This document shows, in pieces, positions 28,904 through 38,470 of a DNA stretch of 64,000 nt; the first letter of the stretch is position 1; every line of letters starts with the position of its first letter. The stretch lies in assembly GCA_001771135.1 (NCBI GenBank), contig MESW01000003.1, positions 136,719 to 200,718 on the forward strand, written 5' to 3'. Under the pieces are notes generated by a model that ran no database searches, was not told the DNA's origin, and saw only the letters and a program-made list of their open reading frames with translations. The position numbers were made by a program, and so were the translations under genes. Source of the stretch: a candidate division CPR3 bacterium GWF2_35_18 (lineage in GTDB: Bacteria > Patescibacteriota > CPR3 > GWF2-35-18).

Positions 28904-29986
28904 TTATGATATAACCTTCAGCCAATTAACTGCATTCTTCTCCCATGAAAATTGGGAAATTTTTCGTTTGTTTTCTAAAACAAGCTTCTCTTTTTCTTTT
29001 GGAGTGAGCTGAAGTAATTTTTCTAGCTTGCTTTTAATATCGGAAACATCTTCAGGATCAACAAGGAACGAATAATCTTTACCTACAATTTCCGGAAGGC
29101 TAGAAACTCCAGATGTCAGAACCGGAATTCCTCTTTTCATGGCTTCTGCAACTGGCAACCCAAAACCTTCGTAGATACTGGGAAAAACAAAAAACAAAGC
29201 ATTTTTAAAAAGAAAGTTCTTTTCCGTCTCATTGACAAACCCTGTAAAAATAACTTCATTTTGCAAATTCAACTCAACTACTTTTTGGAAAACTTCTTGG
29301 TAATACCAACCTGTATTACCTGCAATTACCAATTTCGGATGCGTTTCGTTATTTTCAAATAAAAGGTTATATGCTTCAATGAGTCGCACTAAATTTTTTC
29401 GCGGTTCGATAGTACCTAGGTATAAAATATAGGGAAAATTGTAATCAATAAATCGATTTTTATCAGAGTCAGATTTTTTATCTAGTGATAGCCCACAGTA
29501 ATTAACCGTAATTTTACCTATTGAAACAGGAATTATATTTTCTAAATCGTTTCTGGTAGCTTCTGAATCTGCAAAAATAAATTTTGCTCGACGACATGCA
29601 TGAGTCAAAAAAAATTTCCCTGCAAGGATTCTAACCTTGAAGGTATGCAGTTGCGGAAACAGGATTGCCGAAAGATCATGGACAATGAGAATAGTTTTTG
29701 TTAAAGGAAAAAAGCTGAAAATAGTCGAATGCGTAGAGTAAAAATAATCGACCTGTTGTGATCTTAAATCTCTCCAGACTTTAAAGTACCAAAATACTTC
29801 ACTGGCCTTAAAGATTCTTTGTTTAAATTTTGAAGTTTGATAAGGCAAAGTGATCTCTGAATCACCGTAAAGCAGATACTCATTTTTATCATTTTTATTC
29901 TGAGACAAACCATATAAAAAACCTTTGACATAGTTTCCAATACCGGCTGTTTCTTTTAAAGCACGCACGTCAATACCAATTTTCAT
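28904..29986 (-). CDS. Glycosyltransferase family 4
   Basis: EGFGLPVAEAMKRGIPVLTS motif. Start taken at MKIGIDV. Confidence 0.8.
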   Translation of the reverse strand: MKIGIDVRALKETAGIGNYVKGFLYGLSQNKNDKNEYLLYGDSEITLPYQTSKFKQRIFKASEVFWYFKVWRDLRSQQVDYFYSTHSTIFSFFPLTKTILIVHDLSAILFPQLHTFKVRILAGKFFLTHACRRAKFIFADSEATRNDLENIIPVSIGKITVNYCGLSLDKKSDSDKNRFIDYNFPYILYLGTIEPRKNLVRLIEAYNLLFENNETHPKLVIAGNTGWYYQEVFQKVVELNLQNEVIFTGFVNETEKNFLFKNALFFVFPSIYEGFGLPVAEAMKRGIPVLTSGVSSLPEIVGKDYSFLVDPEDVSDIKSKLEKLLQLTPKEKEKLVLENKRKISQFSWEKNAVNWLKVIS

Positions 29987-29987
29987 A

Positions 29988-30890
29988 TTATAGCCACTCC
30001 GATCTATCTTTAATTTCTTTTTTGTATAATTTATAACCGTTAATAAAACCTCTCCAAGGAGCAATTATAGCTCTAGGATTTCCTTTTCCATAGTAAAACA
30101 TACATGAAAGTATCGGACGAATTTTATTGAGAATCCGTAAGACCAAATATCGATGTGGTAGATGCTTCATAAAGAAAAGCATCTCGTTTCGAAAAAAATC
30201 TTCATACCAAGTAATTCTATCTTTGTCACGAGAACCTCCTGAAGCCTTTAAATGTAAAACTTCAGCATGGGGATCAAAAACCAGTTTATAGCCTAATCGG
30301 CGAATCCGAAAAGATAGATCTGATTCCTCTCGAATTGCATTTCCGGTAAAATTTTCATCAAAACCATGAACTTTATCAAGAAAATCTTTTCGAAAAGAAG
30401 CATTACAACCATGCACTGTCATAACTTCACAGCTAGTTTTAGAGCTATAATTGTCAATAAATCTTCCATCTTTTGTAACAAATCCAACCTTTCCCTCCTC
30501 GTCTTTAATCATGGAGTTATCCTGTACCTCGATCCTTCCGGATACTCCCCCAATATTTTGATTTTCATAATTTACAACATGTTCTGAAATTAAATTTTGA
30601 GCTGGCTTAATATCATCATCAACAAAAAGAATTATTTCCCCTTTGGCACATTTTAACCCATAGTTTTTGGCAATAGTTGTTCCCTTTTTTGAAATCTGAA
30701 AATATTTTATCTTCGTTTTATGATCATTTAGAAATTTAAGAGTTTCCTCTCTATGTCTGACTGATTGATCAACGACAATAATTTCATACTTCGGATAATC
30801 TTGATCAAAAAGGTACATCAAAGTATCACAAAGAGCCTTTTCACGATGCAAAGTAGGAATGATAATGGAAACAAATGGTCTAGTTTTCAT
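29988..30890 (-). CDS. Glycosyltransferase family 2
   Basis: VSIIIPTLHRE...VVDQS...VDDD (GT-A DxD). Confidence 0.8.
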   Translation of the reverse strand: MKTRPFVSIIIPTLHREKALCDTLMYLFDQDYPKYEIIVVDQSVRHREETLKFLNDHKTKIKYFQISKKGTTIAKNYGLKCAKGEIILFVDDDIKPAQNLISEHVVNYENQNIGGVSGRIEVQDNSMIKDEEGKVGFVTKDGRFIDNYSSKTSCEVMTVHGCNASFRKDFLDKVHGFDENFTGNAIREESDLSFRIRRLGYKLVFDPHAEVLHLKASGGSRDKDRITWYEDFFRNEMLFFMKHLPHRYLVLRILNKIRPILSCMFYYGKGNPRAIIAPWRGFINGYKLYKKEIKDRSEWL

Positions 30891-31999
30891 TTTAACAACT
30901 TTAGAAACTCCTCTACATTTTTCTCTAGATTGAACTTCTCTTCTACAATCTTACGACTCTTTTTCCCCATTGTTAACCGCAATTTATAGCTACCAGCTAA
31001 TTCTGAAATTCTATCTATAAATTCATTGTAATCACCGTGTGGGACAAGAAACCCGTTTACACCAGATTGCACTAACTCTTTCATTCCTCCAGTATCAAAC
31101 GCAACTATTGGTTTCCCGCTACCCATGGCTTCTAATGCTCCCAAAGACATCCCTTCCGCCGGATGCAATGACGGATGAACAAAGATATCTGTTTCTGCTA
31201 GAAATTTTTCCTTATCGCTTTGAAAACCGTAGAATTTAATATTATGATTATGTTGATACTTCCCTTTCAAATCTGCAAGCAAATCTCCATCTCCGACAAA
31301 ACGAAATTCTACCTCTGATTTTTGAGGAATTATTGCTAAAAAGTCTTCAATCTTCTTATCAATACTCATTCTTCCAATATAAGTGGCAATTATATTTTCT
31401 GACTCTTTTGCCTCTGTTTCGGTTATTATATTTAGATCAACCCCATTATAAATTACCTGTATTTTTTGTGGCTGAATTTTTAAATTGTTTATTAGATCCT
31501 CTCTGGTTAAATCGGAAACTGCAACAATTGTATCCGCAAAGTGAGAAACAAACTTAAAGTATTTCCATAAAAATTTATTTTTAAGCCACGACGTCAAAAT
31601 CCCATGCTCTGTCCAAATAACATTAAACCCCAAAAGTTTACATATTGGTGATAAAACAAATTTTTCTCCAATGTCTTGAACGTGAACATTTCTTATTTTT
31701 TTCACAAAACGGAAGTATATAAGTAAGGGAAAATAGTAAAGGAAATATATTGGCTGTAATAAAATAACCAAAAAAGCTCTTTTTACTCCTCCAACCTTTT
31801 TCCCGTAGATATGAAAAACCGTTATCTTAAATGATTTTAATTTGTTTAAGATTGGATTCAGATTTGATAGAATAAAAACTTTAACTGATCTATGAATCAG
31901 TTTCTTGTCTAATTCTAAAGTATAAACTTCAACTCCTCCGATGTATGGAGAGATCAGTATTTGGAGAATTTGCTTCGGAAAGGATTTATCATTCGACAT
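30887..31999 (-). CDS. Glycosyltransferase family 4
   Basis: EGMSLGALEAMGSGKPIVAFDTGG motif. ATG start at 31999; the ORF-track TTG is at 32005. Confidence 0.78.
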   Translation of the reverse strand: MSNDKSFPKQILQILISPYIGGVEVYTLELDKKLIHRSVKVFILSNLNPILNKLKSFKITVFHIYGKKVGGVKRAFLVILLQPIYFLYYFPLLIYFRFVKKIRNVHVQDIGEKFVLSPICKLLGFNVIWTEHGILTSWLKNKFLWKYFKFVSHFADTIVAVSDLTREDLINNLKIQPQKIQVIYNGVDLNIITETEAKESENIIATYIGRMSIDKKIEDFLAIIPQKSEVEFRFVGDGDLLADLKGKYQHNHNIKFYGFQSDKEKFLAETDIFVHPSLHPAEGMSLGALEAMGSGKPIVAFDTGGMKELVQSGVNGFLVPHGDYNEFIDRISELAGSYKLRLTMGKKSRKIVEEKFNLEKNVEEFLKLLK

Positions 32000-33458
32000 T
32001 TTCAACCTTAGTCAAATCATTCTTTTTAAAAAGACTTTTTACGATCTTCAATTCTTTTTCACTAAGACCTTTCATCAGTAACAATACTCCAAAATAAACA
32101 ACAATCCCAACAATCACACTGATAAAAATATTCCCATCTCGAATAAGATAAACGATTACTCCCATAATAGTTCCCGAAATAATTGGTTTAAATAATAGAT
32201 AAAATGATTCTTTATTAAACAAACCTTTTTTAAGAAAGTAGATAGTAAAAATTATTAAACCAAAAACTTCACAGACTAATGTTGAAAGTGCAGCTCCGTT
32301 TAAACTTAAGTTTGCTCCCCAGGTGGATATTAAAACATATGAAAGGAAACTATTCAAAAAAATATTTATTCCCCCCACTAGATTTACAATTTTCATTTTT
32401 CCCATCGACATCAAAGTAATTACCTGAAAAGAGGTAAAAAATATAGCTAAAAGGGCAAAGGAAAGAATCTCTAAAGAAAGTGTTCCTCCAATAAAATCAG
32501 GACCATAAAGAAAAAGAATTGTTTTTTGGGATAACATAAATAGTCCAATACTAATCGGAAATGATCCAATAGCAATGACTCTAAGGGATTGATTTAATAT
32601 CGAACGAAAACGTTCTTGGGATTCTCGATATAACCTACACATAACAGGATAAACGGCTCCTAGGAAAAATTGAGGTAAAATAAGCAAATTATCAAGCATC
32701 TTAAAAGCAGAACCAAACCATCCCATAACTTGTTCTGTTACTAATTTGGAAAGGATAATTGAATTGATACGGAAATAAATCGAAGAAAAAATACTGTTTA
32801 TGGCAAAAGGGAAAGCTAATTTTAGATTTTGTTTCAAAAAATTCCAATCAAGATAGGAAAGAGAGAATTTGATTTGACCTCTAACAATCAAAGCTCCAAT
32901 TATAAAGGAAACAACCGAACCAACCGTTAGACCCCATACTGGACTCATAAAATTAGCACCGTTATAAAGAAGAAAAACAGAGATTACTAAATTTAGAATA
33001 CCACTTACTCCCCAAAGCAAAGCACTATATTTCATCTCTTCAAAGGCTTGAAAAAGAGATAGAAACAAACCAGAAAAAGCCCAGAAAGCCATGTAAATTC
33101 CATAGATATATGCAGCATTCATAATATCGATTGAATAGTTCAAAAAATATGTAATTACGATCAAGGAAAGATATGTCACACAGCCTAAAAATAATTTCAC
33201 GACAAATAAATTAACAAAATATTTTGAAGCCTGATCTTTTTTAATTGAGACCTCTTTGGTGAATGAAGTGGAAATTCCTAAGTCCGAGAAAAGGTTCGTT
33301 AAAGCTACAACGGAAGCAATGGTATAGTATTTCCCCAGTCCAACGTCTCCAATCAGTCTTGCCGCAATAAAAATCACAATCATTTGGGTAATTCGTGGTA
33401 AAGTATTTGCGATACTTAAGAATATAGTATTTTTTACGATTCGATGAGATTCAGACAT
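31989..33458 (-). CDS. wzx: Polysaccharide flippase Wzx (MOP superfamily)
   Basis: 489 aa with about 12-14 TM helices and a typical Wzx N-terminus. Confidence 0.7.
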   Translation of the reverse strand: MSESHRIVKNTIFLSIANTLPRITQMIVIFIAARLIGDVGLGKYYTIASVVALTNLFSDLGISTSFTKEVSIKKDQASKYFVNLFVVKLFLGCVTYLSLIVITYFLNYSIDIMNAAYIYGIYMAFWAFSGLFLSLFQAFEEMKYSALLWGVSGILNLVISVFLLYNGANFMSPVWGLTVGSVVSFIIGALIVRGQIKFSLSYLDWNFLKQNLKLAFPFAINSIFSSIYFRINSIILSKLVTEQVMGWFGSAFKMLDNLLILPQFFLGAVYPVMCRLYRESQERFRSILNQSLRVIAIGSFPISIGLFMLSQKTILFLYGPDFIGGTLSLEILSFALLAIFFTSFQVITLMSMGKMKIVNLVGGINIFLNSFLSYVLISTWGANLSLNGAALSTLVCEVFGLIIFTIYFLKKGLFNKESFYLLFKPIISGTIMGVIVYLIRDGNIFISVIVGIVVYFGVLLLMKGLSEKELKIVKSLFKKNDLTKVENVE

Positions 33459-33460
33459 AA

Positions 33461-34171
33461 TTATTTAAACTCTCTAAATCTTAACTTTAGCATTCCCCAA
33501 AATCCGTCAAATATATTATAAGCATTCATTTTTGATTTCCCTCGCACCCGATCTTCAAAAACGACCGGAATTTCTTTAATCGTAAACCCGTGTCTTTTTA
33601 TATAAAATAAAATTTCATTTTGAAAGGCATATGCATTACTATAATATCTTTCTTGAATAATTTCCTCAATTACTTCTCTTCTGTACCCCTTAAATCCAGA
33701 AGTACAATCATGCACCGGTAACAAAAAGATAGTTCTAGCATAAAGATTAGCACAGGAGCTTAATGCTTTGCGAAATAATGGATAACGTAATTCCGCTCCT
33801 TCAATATGCCTCGAACCAATCACAACATCATAATCTGAAAGTGTTTTTATGATACGTTTTATATCCTGCGGATCATGAGAAAAATCTGCATCCATTTGAA
33901 GAAGATAATTAAAGTCAAACTTTTTCAGGGCATATTTAAAACCGTCAATGTAAGCCTTACCTAAACCTTCTTTTTTCCGTCGATGCAAAACAAATAGATT
34001 TAAAAACTTACTTCTCAGATTATCAGCTAAACTACCAGTACCATCAGGGGAATTATCATCAACAACTAAAACAGTTAAATTCTTAACTTTTAAATCATCA
34101 ATCTCTTTTAAAATCAAAGGTAGATTATCTTTTTCATTATAAGTTGGAATGACAACTAATGTTCTTGGCAT
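33461..34171 (-). CDS. GT2 polyprenyl-phosphate glycosyltransferase (DPM1/ArnC-like)
   Basis: VVIPTYNEKDNLP...VDDNSPDGT...MDADFSHDP. Confidence 0.8.
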   Translation of the reverse strand: MPRTLVVIPTYNEKDNLPLILKEIDDLKVKNLTVLVVDDNSPDGTGSLADNLRSKFLNLFVLHRRKKEGLGKAYIDGFKYALKKFDFNYLLQMDADFSHDPQDIKRIIKTLSDYDVVIGSRHIEGAELRYPLFRKALSSCANLYARTIFLLPVHDCTSGFKGYRREVIEEIIQERYYSNAYAFQNEILFYIKRHGFTIKEIPVVFEDRVRGKSKMNAYNIFDGFWGMLKLRFREFK

Positions 34172-34173
34172 TG

Positions 34174-34587
34174 TTAACTCTTTAAGCGATGTTGTTTCCT
34201 AATTTCATGATAACTAGACCAGACATCTTCTTCTTTCATTTTTTCCCAGGATAACATTTTCGCAATTGGAAATTTCTGCTCCTGAAGAGCTAATTTCTCT
34301 TTAACTGCACTAACAATATCTATCCCTAATTCATCTGACAGAGTAAAAAGATAATTAATGACATCCGCAAATTCGCGTTGGATTTCCCTTTTTTGTTCTT
34401 CTTTTTTTAACGAATTTTTGATTAGAGCTTCACTTTTCCACTGAAAATGTTCCATAAGTTCACCCATCTCAATCACAATAGATATCGCTAGATCTTTAAC
34501 GGTGTTATATTTTTTCCATTTCCGACGGTCACGAAACTCAAGAATTTCCTTCCTCAATTCTGCAATTGTAGTGTTTTGATCATTCAT
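34174..34587 (-). CDS. MazG-like nucleotide pyrophosphohydrolase
   Basis: All-alpha protein with EMGELMEHFQW and E-x2-D (REFADVINY) metal-binding motifs. Confidence 0.65.
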   Translation of the reverse strand: MNDQNTTIAELRKEILEFRDRRKWKKYNTVKDLAISIVIEMGELMEHFQWKSEALIKNSLKKEEQKREIQREFADVINYLFTLSDELGIDIVSAVKEKLALQEQKFPIAKMLSWEKMKEEDVWSSYHEIRKQHRLKS

Positions 34588-34589
34588 AA

Positions 34590-34961
34590 TTAAACTCTCT
34601 TTGAAATAAATTCATCTTCTTTTGTCCAACGAGGATTGGAAATAACAATTAATTTATTATTATTCGAAGCAAATAAAACTTTATGATGAATATTTGGAGT
34701 TATCACAATCAAACTCTCTTGATCTAAATTAACGGTAGATCGAATTTGGCTATCTTCATCATACGTATCTAAACTGATTTTTCCCTTATAAACCCAGTAA
34801 ATTTCGGTACTTACTTTATGAAAATGTCCTTTAGACGGCTTGATATTATTAGCAATGACAATACTTAAATTCTTAAAATCAGAAGTATTTAAAATCTCTG
34901 TGAGCATTCCACACACATCTGAAGAAAAACTTTTTTGATCACTTTTATTTTTAATAATCAT
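34590..34961 (-). CDS. Cupin-domain protein
   Basis: GHFHKVSTEIYWVYKG...ITPNIHHKV double-His motifs. ATG start at 34961. Confidence 0.55.
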   Translation of the reverse strand: MIIKNKSDQKSFSSDVCGMLTEILNTSDFKNLSIVIANNIKPSKGHFHKVSTEIYWVYKGKISLDTYDEDSQIRSTVNLDQESLIVITPNIHHKVLFASNNNKLIVISNPRWTKEDEFISKRV

Positions 34962-35631
34962 AATCAAATTTTAGATACTTTTCGAAATAGCTATAAAGCT
35001 CTCCAGTAGCAACAACATCTTTCATACAATATTCTGCAATCTCTTGATGTTTTCCGGCATTATAATATTCAGTAACCTGAACTCCTTTCATTCCATCTTT
35101 AGGACTTTTGATCCCAAAGGCACGTGTATAAAAATGTAAAGTCTTGGGATAAAATAAAGCTCCATATAAACTCATTTGGTCCAAAAGATCGCAATGAGGA
35201 AAATTTTTGTAACGATTACCCATCAAGTTTTTGGAGGGTTTAATTTTGTTTATTGCCGATCGAAGTAATATAAAAGGAATATCAAAACCACGTCCGTTAA
35301 ATGTTATAACTTGTGAAGTTTTTGAAACCACTTCCCAAAATTTATTTAAAAGCTCTTGCTCCGTCTTTACAAATTCAAACTTGGTATTTTCATTTTCATA
35401 ACTTTGAATTTTATCTGAAACAGTTTGGACTAAACCTTTATTCTCTTTTAAGGTTAAATATCCTATTGAAACAACTTTACCCGTCAGAGGAGAAAGAGCA
35501 GTCTTTAATTTATGCTCTTCTTTTTCCTCTTCACTTTTAGCATATTTCAAAAGATAATCTTGCTCTTCCTCATTAAAATCCGTTTCAAAGTTTTCGCCCA
35601 CAGTTTCGATATCAAAAACAACTTGTGACAT
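34951..35631 (-). CDS. Predicted 3'-5' exonuclease of the PolB-exonuclease-like family (DEDD)
   Basis: Exo I VVFDIETVGE, Exo II ITFNGRGFDIPFI, Exo III YCMKDVVAT. Confidence 0.65.
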   Translation of the reverse strand: MSQVVFDIETVGENFETDFNEEEQDYLLKYAKSEEEKEEHKLKTALSPLTGKVVSIGYLTLKENKGLVQTVSDKIQSYENENTKFEFVKTEQELLNKFWEVVSKTSQVITFNGRGFDIPFILLRSAINKIKPSKNLMGNRYKNFPHCDLLDQMSLYGALFYPKTLHFYTRAFGIKSPKDGMKGVQVTEYYNAGKHQEIAEYCMKDVVATGELYSYFEKYLKFDYDY

Positions 35632-35643
35632 CAGTTACTCCTT

Positions 35644-36168
35644 TTAAAAATTAATTTTTCGATCTAATTTCGATATTTTAATATCATAAATTTTTTCATC
35701 ATGACCCAATTTGGCGTTAATGAAAAATATCTCTTTTCCTTCAACAACGTCTTTGAAACAATAATAAAGATCGTCAACAAGCTCATACTCACTATCTAAA
35801 ACTTTATCTTTTTGAATCCAAATCAATTTTCCGTCTTCGGTTTCAGATCTGTGTGGAATCTTTTTTGTATCAACTTTCATCTTAAAAAAACACATCACCC
35901 AATCTTCTTTATACCCCCCTTCTAGCTTTACAACACCACAAAATTGAACTTTATCAGCACTGATATCATATCCGGTCTCTTCTTTCGTTTCTCTTAAAGC
36001 GGCCGCTAAATAGTCTTCTCCCGGATCCACCCTTCCACCGATTCCGTTCAATCTTCCCGGATCGATTCTTTTATTATCATTTCTTTTCAAAAACAGATAT
36101 TCATCTCCATGAAAGATAAAATTGGTCACTGAGGTTTGCACTTGTCGAATATACTTATCATCATTCAT
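35644..36168 (-). CDS. NUDIX hydrolase
   Basis: Nudix box GGRVDPGEDYLAAALRETKEETGY. Confidence 0.8.
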   Translation of the reverse strand: MNDDKYIRQVQTSVTNFIFHGDEYLFLKRNDNKRIDPGRLNGIGGRVDPGEDYLAAALRETKEETGYDISADKVQFCGVVKLEGGYKEDWVMCFFKMKVDTKKIPHRSETEDGKLIWIQKDKVLDSEYELVDDLYYCFKDVVEGKEIFFINAKLGHDEKIYDIKISKLDRKINF

Positions 36169-36251
36169 AATTAATCTTCTAACCTCTCAATATCTTACTT
36201 TTCATGAAGTGAAAACGAGCTTTGCTCATATCTTTGTATCCTTTATCTAAA

Positions 36252-36890
36252 CTATACTCCCTGTGCATCAAGAACTTTATTAACCATCTTATCTGCCTTT
36301 TTTAGCATCTTATTTTCGCGCGGAAGATGGATATATTTCACACTTTTAAAATCACGTTCGAGCTCTTTTACTTTCATCACCAACTTTTGTAGTTTGGTAT
36401 CTTTAATTCGATAAAGACCATTTAATTGATTAATCATAAGTTGTGAATCAGAAAAACAAACGACATATTTAGAATGAAAGTTTTTAACTAAGTTTAACCC
36501 CGTGATTAGAGCCGTATATTCGGCTTGATTATTTGTAGCTTTTCCTAAATACTGTTTGTGCTTCATAATAACTTCATCACATTCATTACAGAGAAGCATC
36601 CCAATCGCTGCTTTGCCTCCTTCTACAAATTGATTACCTCGAGAACCTCCGTCAGTATAAAGATGTACCTTATCAATTTCTTTCTTAATTGATTCTGGAT
36701 CGATATCGTCAGCTTCGATTTCTTTTCCGTTCAAGACCTCTTTGATATCTAAACCCAAAGCGGACATTTCATCAGAACCTTCTTCAGTTAAAAAAAATTC
36801 ATTATTTTCTTCAGAAATCCAATTATTAGATTTTGCCCAACAGATAAATGCTCCAAAAAGACTTTGCAAATTCACTTTATCTTTTTTCAT
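36252..36890 (-). CDS. rnhA: Ribonuclease HI with an N-terminal extension
   Basis: TDGGSRGN...AEYTALITGL...DSQ catalytic motifs. Confidence 0.75.
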   Translation of the reverse strand: MKKDKVNLQSLFGAFICWAKSNNWISEENNEFFLTEEGSDEMSALGLDIKEVLNGKEIEADDIDPESIKKEIDKVHLYTDGGSRGNQFVEGGKAAIGMLLCNECDEVIMKHKQYLGKATNNQAEYTALITGLNLVKNFHSKYVVCFSDSQLMINQLNGLYRIKDTKLQKLVMKVKELERDFKSVKYIHLPRENKMLKKADKMVNKVLDAQGV

Positions 36891-37308
36891 AGTATTTCGA
36901 TAATACCTCCCAATGGTTAAAAGCTATTTGATTTCTATTCTCATTAATCTCTTTTTGTGACCAATATTTGATAGCTAGAACTTCCTCCTTTTTAATTTGA
37001 ATCTTCCCTTGAATCTCTCCGGAAAAAAATAATATCAAACAATGATCTCCAGGCACACTTATAAAATCATCTTTATAAAAAATAAATCGAGGGAAAAAGC
37101 TAACCTGAAGCTCTTCTTTGACTTCGCGGATAATTGCTTCTTCGGCTTTTTCTAATATTTCGACCTTACCTCCTACCAAAGACCATTTCTTTTTATCAGG
37201 TTCTCTAGCTCTTTGTACTAAAAGAATATCTCCAAATTTATTAAAAATAATTGCCCTAACGATAATTTTGAACTTCCAATGTATATTATTCACGTGAAGA
37301 ATCCCCAA
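36877..37308 (-). CDS. NUDIX hydrolase (second copy)
   Basis: Nudix box GGKVEILEKAEEAIIREVKEELQV. The start codon is uncertain (TTG 37308 or GTG 37293). Confidence 0.7.
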   Translation of the reverse strand: MGILHVNNIHWKFKIIVRAIIFNKFGDILLVQRAREPDKKKWSLVGGKVEILEKAEEAIIREVKEELQVSFFPRFIFYKDDFISVPGDHCLILFFSGEIQGKIQIKKEEVLAIKYWSQKEINENRNQIAFNHWEVLSKYYEKR

Positions 37309-37467
37309 ACTGTTACAGAAAGATTATACCCGAATTGAGTTTTGATTACTAGGATTTCTAATAAGAAAGAAACGGACTCACAACCACGGATTAAAAAATA
37401 AAAGGAACATTTTGTGTGGAAAAAACCAAGTTATATTTTGAATATAAATAGATCTAATTTTGTAAGA

Positions 37468-37520
37468 TGGTGGATATGAAGTGGACTCGGTTTTTGCGAA
37501 AGCGAAAATTTCCACTGACC
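37468..37520 (-). other. Degenerate partial copy of the tRNA-Val 3' half (pseudo-tRNA fragment)
   Basis: tggtggaTATGaagtggactcg..[26-nt insertion]..ccactgacc closely matches the acceptor and T-arm of the adjacent tRNA-Val. Confidence 0.5.
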
Positions 37521-37580
37521 TTAAATTGCCAACAATTTAAGTAAACAATGTTCGAACTTAATTTTGATAGAATGTAAAAA

Positions 37581-37657
37581 TGGTGGACCCAAGTGGACTC
37601 GAACCACTGACCTCTTGAATGTGAATCAAGCGCTCTAACCAACTGAGCTATGGATCC
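37581..37657 (-). tRNA. tRNA-Val (CAC), CCA encoded
   Basis: The reverse complement folds as acceptor GGATCCA/TGGGTCC, anticodon loop ttCACat and T-loop GGTTCGAGTCC. Confidence 0.8.
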
Positions 37658-37663
37658 TCAAAA

Positions 37664-37691
37664 ATTATAAACGGCCTCTATTTTATCACAA
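37664..37691 (-). promoter_or_regulatory. Sigma70-like promoter for tRNA-Val
   Basis: On the minus strand, TTGTGA-16 nt-TATAAT ending 6 nt before the tRNA 5' end. Confidence 0.45.
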
Positions 37692-37846
37692 TATTATGCT
37701 TCATTGATACAAAATTATAAATTGCAAATCAAAATATTTCCGATATATATTTAATATTACTAAGATTTAAAAAATGTAATTTAAGTATAACCAGAATTTA
37801 CAATAATCCAATTTACAATCTGATTAATTCAGGTATAATCTTTATT

Positions 37847-38458
37847 ATGCTCGAACCAGAAAATAAACAATACGAAGTCAAAAAACCATCTTCCAAAACA
37901 GCTTATAGAATTTTAGGCGAATTCTTTTTAGATCTCGCGGAAACTTTTATTATAGCCATCGGTCTCTTTATTATTATTTATAATTTTCTTGTTCAACCAA
38001 ACTCGGTAATTGGATCTTCAATGGAACCCAATTTTGAAGATGGTGAATATATCTTAACGGATAGATTATCTTATCGTCTCCGCGAACCAAAAAGGGGAGA
38101 AGTGGTTGTTTTCAAATATCCTAAAGATGAAACACTCGATTATATTAAAAGAATTATTGCTCTACCCGGAGAAAGAGTTTTAATTGAAAACAATACCGTC
38201 ACTATTTTTAATGGACAGAATCCAAAAGGTTTTAAGCTTGATGAAAGCTATTTGGCTGATTATATCGATACTCAAGGTGGAATAATTTTTCCAGAAGGAA
38301 AGGAAACCGTTGTTCCTAATGATGCTTATTTTGTAATGGGAGATAATCGACCAAGAAGCTCTGATTCTAGATCCTGGGGAACAGTTCCTAAGACTGATCT
38401 CATTGGAAGAGTTATCTTTAGATATTGGCCTTTTGACAAGCTGGGATTAGTTAAGTAA
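37847..38458 (+). CDS. lepB: Signal peptidase I
   Basis: Catalytic Ser box GSSMEPNF, Lys box YIKRIIALPGE, and GDNRPRSSDSRSWG. Confidence 0.85.
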   Translation: MLEPENKQYEVKKPSSKTAYRILGEFFLDLAETFIIAIGLFIIIYNFLVQPNSVIGSSMEPNFEDGEYILTDRLSYRLREPKRGEVVVFKYPKDETLDYIKRIIALPGERVLIENNTVTIFNGQNPKGFKLDESYLADYIDTQGGIIFPEGKETVVPNDAYFVMGDNRPRSSDSRSWGTVPKTDLIGRVIFRYWPFDKLGLVK

Positions 38459-38470
38459 AAGGAAACTCTT

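Noticed and set aside
37454-37642. 62-aa minus-strand ORF
   Set aside because: It overlaps tRNA-Val and the pseudo-tRNA fragment, and the ORF is an artefact of the tRNA sequence.
34174-37657. Integrated mobile element carrying the house-cleaning cluster at tRNA-Val
   Set aside because: No integrase, recombinase or flanking direct repeats bracket the cluster. The pseudo-tRNA fragment lies between the cluster and the tRNA, not on the far side of it.
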